Source of the DNA: Clostridia bacterium
GTDB taxonomy: Bacteria > Bacillota > Clostridia > Christensenellales > CAG-138
Assembly (NCBI GenBank): GCA_017393775.1
Contig: JAFOQN010000164.1
Coordinates: 1 to 48,937 of the forward strand
Direction of reading: 5' to 3'
DNA length: 48,937 nt
This document shows, in pieces, positions 44,528-48,937 of this stretch. The translations under genes were made by a program, and so were the position numbers. The notes under the pieces are model-generated. The model was not told the DNA's origin. It ran no database searches and saw only the letters and a list, made by a program, of their open reading frames with translations. The number at the start of each line of letters is the position of its first letter. Within the stretch, counting starts at the first letter, position 1.

Positions 44528-46732
44528 ATGGAACTGAACGGCACGGTACAATCCATCATCTATCGGAATGCGTCGAACGGCTATACCGTTATGACGCTGC
44601 TTTGCGATGATGAAAAGACAACGGTCACCTGCGTCGGCACACTTCCGCTCATCGATGCGGGAGACACAGTCTCTTTGACCGGTCAGACGACGTATCATCC
44701 GAAGTTCGGCAGTCAGTTCAAAGCCGAAACTTGCGAAAGAAAAGCACCTTCGAGCAATTCAGCCATCATAAAGTATCTGGAGAGCGGCGTCGTTCGCGGC
44801 GTAGGTTCCGCCATGGCGCGGGCGATTGTTGCGGTGTTCGGAATGGATACGCTTGACGTTTTGGAAAATGAGCCGGAACGTTTAGTCGAAGTTAACGGGA
44901 TCGGTCCGAAGAAAGCAAAGATGATCTCGGATTCGTTCCGCGAAAAGAAGCTGTTCCGTGACGTCCTGTTAAGCCTGGCGCCTTACGGTATAACAGTCGG
45001 ACAGGCATATAAGATGATGCAGACATACGGCGAACTGTGCCTTGCAAAGGTGCAGGAGAATCCGTATCAGCTGATTGAGGATATCGACGGGATCGGTTTT
45101 TTGACCGCCGACAGAATCGCTATGCATGTCGCCGGATTTGAGCAGGACTCGCTTGCAAGGCTGATGGCAGGCATTCGTTACTGCCTTCGACAGGCGCGCG
45201 ACGAACACGGTGATATGTTCCTGGAATACGAAAAGCTTCTGGAACGCGCATCCGGTATTCTCGGCGCTGTGCCGGACCGGATCGAAGAAACGATCGAATG
45301 GATGGAAAGCGGCAGCGATCTCCTTCGCTGTGAGATCGGTGAAAAAGATGCTGTCTATCTTCCCCATCTTTACAAGTGCGAGGATTACATCGCAAGGAAG
45401 ATACTGCAGCTGAATATACCGCCCATCTATGAAATATGGGATCTGAACCGGTGGCAGAAGCGTGTCGGGATGGAGCTGTCCGAAGAGCAACAGAAGGCAG
45501 TCACACTTGCGCTCAGCAACGGCGTTTCGATCATCACGGGCGGACCGGGAACCGGAAAGACGACCATCATTCGCTGCATCATCGATCTGATGCAGGAAAA
45601 CGGGTATGCCGTTGCGCTTGCCGCGCCGACGGGCCGCGCCGCAAAGCGTATGACGGAAGTAACCGGAAGCGAAGCAAGAACGATCCATCGTTTGTTGGAA
45701 TTTATTCCGGGCGAAGGATTCCAACGCAACCGGGATAATCCTCTGATCACCGACATGGTCATTGTAGACGAAATGTCGATGGTGGACGCACCGTTGATGT
45801 ACGCACTGCTGCAGGCGCTGACGAAGGGAACGCGTCTTGTTCTTGTCGGTGACCGTGATCAGCTCCCGCCGGTCGGCTGCGGCAACGTATTTGCCGATCT
45901 GCTTGCATCGGAAGTCATGCCGTATTACAGATTGACTGAGATTTTTCGGCAGGCGCAAAGATCGAATATCGTTCGGAATGCGCACCTGATCAACAACGGA
46001 AAAATGCCGCTGCTTGTCGATCACGATTCCGATTTTATATTTGAAGAGATTCCGAGTGTCGACCGCATTCGCGAACGTCTTGTACAGCTTATCAGGGAAG
46101 AATCCTCCCGCCTCGGCACAAGCGATCCATTGATGGATATCCAGGTGCTTGTTCCGATGAAGACAGGTCCGCTCGGCGTGATCGAGCTGAATCGGCTTCT
46201 GCAGAACGTATGCAATCCCCCGTCTCCGTATAAAGTTGAGCATCCCTGCGGGGATACGATGTTTCGGGAAGGCGACAAGATCATGCAGATCCGGAATAAC
46301 TATAAAGTTGAGTGGAAGAAAGTGCTTCGAAACGGCAGCTTTGAAGAAGGCGCAGGCGTTTTCAACGGCGATTTCGGAACCGTACTGCGGATCAATCCGC
46401 GGGAAAAGATAGCAGTCATTGCGTTCGACGACGGGCGTACGGCGGAATATGCGTTTGCACAGCTTGAAGAGATCGATCTTGCATACTGCATTACGATTCA
46501 CAAAAGCCAGGGATCGGAGTTCCAGACGGCGCTTATTCCCCTTGCGGGCGGACCGATGCCACTTTTGACAAGGAATCTTTTGTATACGGCGGTTACCAGG
46601 GCGAAACGAATGTTTTACGGGATCGGCAGAAGCGATACGATTGCAAGAATGGTTAGAAATGCATCCAGAAATGAGCGTAATACCGGATTAAAGGAACGGT
46701 TGATCGAATATGAAGCTGTCGGAACAGATTAA
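44528..46732 (+). CDS. recD2: RecD2-type ATP-dependent DNA helicase (RecD-like, SF1B)
   Basis: The ATG at 44528 gives MELNGTVQSIIYRN. Walker A GGPGTGKTT, Walker B VIVDEMSM, an HhH region, and a C-terminal ITIHKSQGSE motif. Confidence 0.92.
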   Translation: MELNGTVQSIIYRNASNGYTVMTLLCDDEKTTVTCVGTLPLIDAGDTVSLTGQTTYHPKFGSQFKAETCERKAPSSNSAIIKYLESGVVRGVGSAMARAIVAVFGMDTLDVLENEPERLVEVNGIGPKKAKMISDSFREKKLFRDVLLSLAPYGITVGQAYKMMQTYGELCLAKVQENPYQLIEDIDGIGFLTADRIAMHVAGFEQDSLARLMAGIRYCLRQARDEHGDMFLEYEKLLERASGILGAVPDRIEETIEWMESGSDLLRCEIGEKDAVYLPHLYKCEDYIARKILQLNIPPIYEIWDLNRWQKRVGMELSEEQQKAVTLALSNGVSIITGGPGTGKTTIIRCIIDLMQENGYAVALAAPTGRAAKRMTEVTGSEARTIHRLLEFIPGEGFQRNRDNPLITDMVIVDEMSMVDAPLMYALLQALTKGTRLVLVGDRDQLPPVGCGNVFADLLASEVMPYYRLTEIFRQAQRSNIVRNAHLINNGKMPLLVDHDSDFIFEEIPSVDRIRERLVQLIREESSRLGTSDPLMDIQVLVPMKTGPLGVIELNRLLQNVCNPPSPYKVEHPCGDTMFREGDKIMQIRNNYKVEWKKVLRNGSFEEGAGVFNGDFGTVLRINPREKIAVIAFDDGRTAEYAFAQLEEIDLAYCITIHKSQGSEFQTALIPLAGGPMPLLTRNLLYTAVTRAKRMFYGIGRSDTIARMVRNASRNERNTGLKERLIEYEAVGTD

Positions 46733-47369
46733 AAACGATCTTTCCTTTGTTGCAGGTGCGCTGATGCCGGGACCGTATCATTGCTTTCTGTGCGGTGAAG
46801 AAGACTTGATCGGCGAGGACGGGCTTTGCGATACGTGCAGAGCAAAGGTGAAATACTGCCCCAATCCGACTTTCCTGTCTCCGCTTGACGGGATCACCGT
46901 CGGTTTGCAGTACAGCGAAGAGATCGCGTCAGCCGTCATACGGTTTAAAAAGGGCGGACAGAAGGAGTACGCAGCATTCTTTACGCAGTATCTTTCCGTG
47001 CCTGAAGAATGGCATCCGGATCTGATCGTTCCTGTGCCGATGCATCCGCTCAAAAAGTGGCTCAGAGAATTCAATCATACGGAACTGCTCGCGGCATATC
47101 TGAGTCATGCAACCGGTATCCCCTATTCAACAAGACTTTTGTTTAAAACAAAGTTCACCTTCGAACAGAAGAAACTCAACGATCCAAAGGAACGCCGCAG
47201 CAATATCCGCGGCAGTTTTACCTGCGATCCGCTTGTGAAGGGACTGCGAATCGTTTTGCTGGATGACGTTTTTACGACCGGCGCGACCGTCTATGAATGC
47301 GCTAAAGTGCTGAAGCGTGCGGGCGCACAAAAGGTCTATCTTTCCGCCGTAACGTCTCCGAGTCGCTGA
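46710..47369 (+). CDS. comFC: ComF family protein (ComFC-like phosphoribosyltransferase with an N-terminal zinc finger)
   Basis: 219 aa. CFLCG...CDTC, then the PRTase motif IVLLDDVFTTGAT. Confidence 0.88.
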   Translation: MKLSEQIKNDLSFVAGALMPGPYHCFLCGEEDLIGEDGLCDTCRAKVKYCPNPTFLSPLDGITVGLQYSEEIASAVIRFKKGGQKEYAAFFTQYLSVPEEWHPDLIVPVPMHPLKKWLREFNHTELLAAYLSHATGIPYSTRLLFKTKFTFEQKKLNDPKERRSNIRGSFTCDPLVKGLRIVLLDDVFTTGATVYECAKVLKRAGAQKVYLSAVTSPSR

Positions 47370-47614
47370 CGCAGAATCGCATACTTGTCGTGCGTTGCCT
47401 TTCCGCCGCGCAGATGACGTTCGGCTTTGTTGGTATTCAGAACCTCGCGGACACTTCTGTAGAGTGTTGGATTGATGGATTTCAACCGTTCCGTGACGTC
47501 CTTATGGATCGTGCTTTTTCCAATACACAATGCTTTTGCAGCATCCCGGACAGTCGCTTTATGCTCAACAATATAGGACGCTTCCTGTGAGATGCGATCT
47601 TCGTACCAGTTCAA
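47336..47614 (-). CDS. spoIIID: Sporulation transcriptional regulator SpoIIID
   Basis: 92 aa with a TTG start. HTH SKSTIHKDVTERL and the RHLRGG motif. It converges on and overlaps comFC by 34 nt. Confidence 0.9.
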   Translation of the reverse strand: MNWYEDRISQEASYIVEHKATVRDAAKALCIGKSTIHKDVTERLKSINPTLYRSVREVLNTNKAERHLRGGKATHDKYAILRQRLGDVTAER

Positions 47615-47642
47615 GAAAATACCCCCATTTGCTTATTGGTAA

Positions 47643-47670
47643 AGCATATGAGGGCGTTTTTCTTTTATGT
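47643..47670 (-). promoter_or_regulatory. Possible sigma-E-type promoter of spoIIID
   Basis: Minus strand reads ACATAA-N14-CATATGCT, compared with the sigma-E pattern ATA..-N14-CATACA.T. Confidence 0.3.
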
Positions 47671-47675
47671 CTGTG

Positions 47676-48476
47676 TCAGAAAGATTCGATGTTGATCGCC
47701 TTGATCGGACCGTTCGGAAGATTTTTAAGGTGTTCCGTATCGAACCGCTTGAACCCTGTTTCCCGATCGCTGAAGCAATATTCCACGAAGTTATCAGAGA
47801 TATTGTTCGGAAGCGAAATTGTTTTTGCAACCACTTCGGAAAGCGCGACGCCGATGTTGATGAGATGGACCTCCGGCAGCGTCTTCCGGATCACGTTTGA
47901 CAGGAACGGATAATGCGTACAGCCGAGGATCAGCGTGTCGATATCCGTATTGCGGATCGGAGAAAGATACCGCTCAACGGTCATCTGCGTGATCGGATCG
48001 TCCTCACGGAATCCGTTCTCGATCAACGGAACAAACAACGGACAACCGATCCCGGAGACGTTTAACTGCGGATATTGCTGATTGATATAGTCAGAATATG
48101 CCTGACTGTGTACGGTCGCCTCAGTCCCGATCACACAGATATGATTGCTTTTGGTCAGTTTCGCTGCAGCGTCGCAGGCGGGTTCGATGACGCCGACGAT
48201 CGGGATCGAAAACTTCTTGCGAAGCTCCGAAAGCGCGATCGCACTGACGGTGCCGCATGCAACAACAATCGCCTCAACGCCCCTCGAAAGCAGAAACCGT
48301 ACGTCCTGCTCGGCGTAGCGAATGATCGTTTCCGGTGTGCGCGAACCGTACGGCACCCTTGCGGTGTCGCCGAAATATACGATGGATAATCCCTTATTGG
48401 CGGAACAGATCGCGTCCAGGACGGTCAGACCGCCCAGGCCGCTGTCAAATACGCCGATACGTTTGAATGTGTTCAT
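47676..48476 (-). CDS. murI: Glutamate racemase
   Basis: 266 aa with IGVFDSGLGGLTV, VVACGT and LGCTHYP motifs. Confidence 0.95.
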   Translation of the reverse strand: MNTFKRIGVFDSGLGGLTVLDAICSANKGLSIVYFGDTARVPYGSRTPETIIRYAEQDVRFLLSRGVEAIVVACGTVSAIALSELRKKFSIPIVGVIEPACDAAAKLTKSNHICVIGTEATVHSQAYSDYINQQYPQLNVSGIGCPLFVPLIENGFREDDPITQMTVERYLSPIRNTDIDTLILGCTHYPFLSNVIRKTLPEVHLINIGVALSEVVAKTISLPNNISDNFVEYCFSDRETGFKRFDTEHLKNLPNGPIKAINIESF

Positions 48477-48503
48477 AGTGCCTCTTGAGTGATCGTTTTC
48501 GGT

Positions 48504-48532
48504 ATTCTATCACGTTTTTGCCGTTCTTGCAA
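48504..48532 (-). promoter_or_regulatory. Sigma-A promoter of murI
   Basis: TTGCAA-17 nt-TAGAAT. Confidence 0.5.
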
Positions 48533-48552
48533 CATCGTATGATCCATTCTGC

Positions 48553-48588
48553 CAAAAATACGAAGGAGCGGATGAACCGTTCCTTCGT
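48553..48588 (-). terminator. Rho-independent terminator after the DUF3343-like gene
   Basis: Minus strand reads ACGAAGGA-13 nt loop-TCCTTCGT, then ATTTTTGG. Confidence 0.6.
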
Positions 48589-48591
48589 TGC

Positions 48592-48828
48592 TTATTCGTT
48601 TCTCAGCAATTCCCTGTATCCGGAATCGGTCGTTTCGTACACCGCTTCCACATCCTGATCCATTTCGGATAGATTCGGATCTTCGGCAGTATACATCACG
48701 CAGGTTCCGCAGCTCGAGGACAGTACGCGCGGTACCGGCGCGAGCTTCGAAGGGATCGCTTTCTTCTGCAGCGCACGATTGGTCATCAGCGCTGCAGCAT
48801 GCGTGTAAAACGTCGCGATATAGTTCAT
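48592..48828 (-). CDS. DUF3343-like small protein (putative S/Se carrier-associated)
   Basis: About 78 aa. The ATG at 48828 forms an ATGA overlap with the upstream stop (alternative TTG at 48834). Conserved P.P..LSSSCG pattern. Confidence 0.6.
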   Translation of the reverse strand: MNYIATFYTHAAALMTNRALQKKAIPSKLAPVPRVLSSSCGTCVMYTAEDPNLSEMDQDVEAVYETTDSGYRELLRNE

Positions 48829-48937
48829 TTCCAAAGCGTCATCCGAAAGTCTCCCGCGGATTCTTCCGTACGGACTTCGTAATGCTGCGAAGCGGCAAAG
48901 CGCGTGATGTTTCCGACCGCGGTCATGTTATCTACCA
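48825..48937 (-). CDS. C-terminal end of a TusA/SirA-like sulfurtransferase-domain protein; the rest lies outside the window
   Basis: The minus frame gives VDNMTAVGNITRFAASQHYEVRTEESAGDFRMTLWK*. This matches the TusA C-terminal pattern (D...a..nI.rfa...g.ev....e..g.f...i.K). Confidence 0.5.
   Translation of the reverse strand, partial: VDNMTAVGNITRFAASQHYEVRTEESAGDFRMTLWK

Noticed and set aside
44969-46501. A 510-aa ORF antisense to recD2. Similar long antisense ORFs occur at 32022..33044, 40661..41344, 15273..15899, 9201..9815, 12428..13033 and 19122..19760.
   Set aside because: Each lies entirely opposite a gene with unmistakable family motifs. The translations are Arg/Cys/His-rich low-complexity sequence with no motifs or RBS. 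This is typical of shadow ORFs created by codon bias.

Overview
The window looks like a 48.9-kb core-chromosome segment of a spore-forming Clostridia-type Firmicute. The evidence is alpha/beta-type SASPs, SpoIIID, YmcA-like and FakA/DegV genes, and the miaB-ymcA-mutS-mutL-miaA and yloU-yloV-recG syntenies. Coding density is high and almost every gene is housekeeping: DNA repair (uvrC, xth, recG, mutSL, lexA, recD2), tRNA modification (miaB, miaA, trmK, mnmA), cell wall (PBP1A, murI, SPOR protein), folate (thyA-folA) and glyQS. I also identify one tRNA-Ala(GGC) and a type-A RNase P RNA (rnpB), which the ORF track crosses with spurious ORFs. I found no CRISPR array, no transposon or prophage, and no recognisable defence system. 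The best candidate for something undescribed is a 366-aa XerS-like tyrosine recombinase next to lexA. Its promoter is embedded in a perfect 15-6-15 bp palindrome, which is the architecture of a recombinase core site. It lies about 2 kb from a sharp convergent flip in gene orientation, so it may be a single-recombinase dif-like module at the replication terminus. Secondary leads: a Cys/Gly-rich 67-aa mini-protein with a mother-cell-type promoter, followed by a CopZ-like HMA protein that is translationally coupled to mnmA and guarded by an RBS-sequestering hairpin. rnpB wedged inside a co-directional operon. A J-domain and zinc-ribbon membrane protein pair. A DegV gene overlapping a 789-aa polytopic membrane protein. 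Two repair-helicase genes whose ribosome-binding sites sit inside upstream terminators. All functional calls come from reading motifs by eye; no searches were run.
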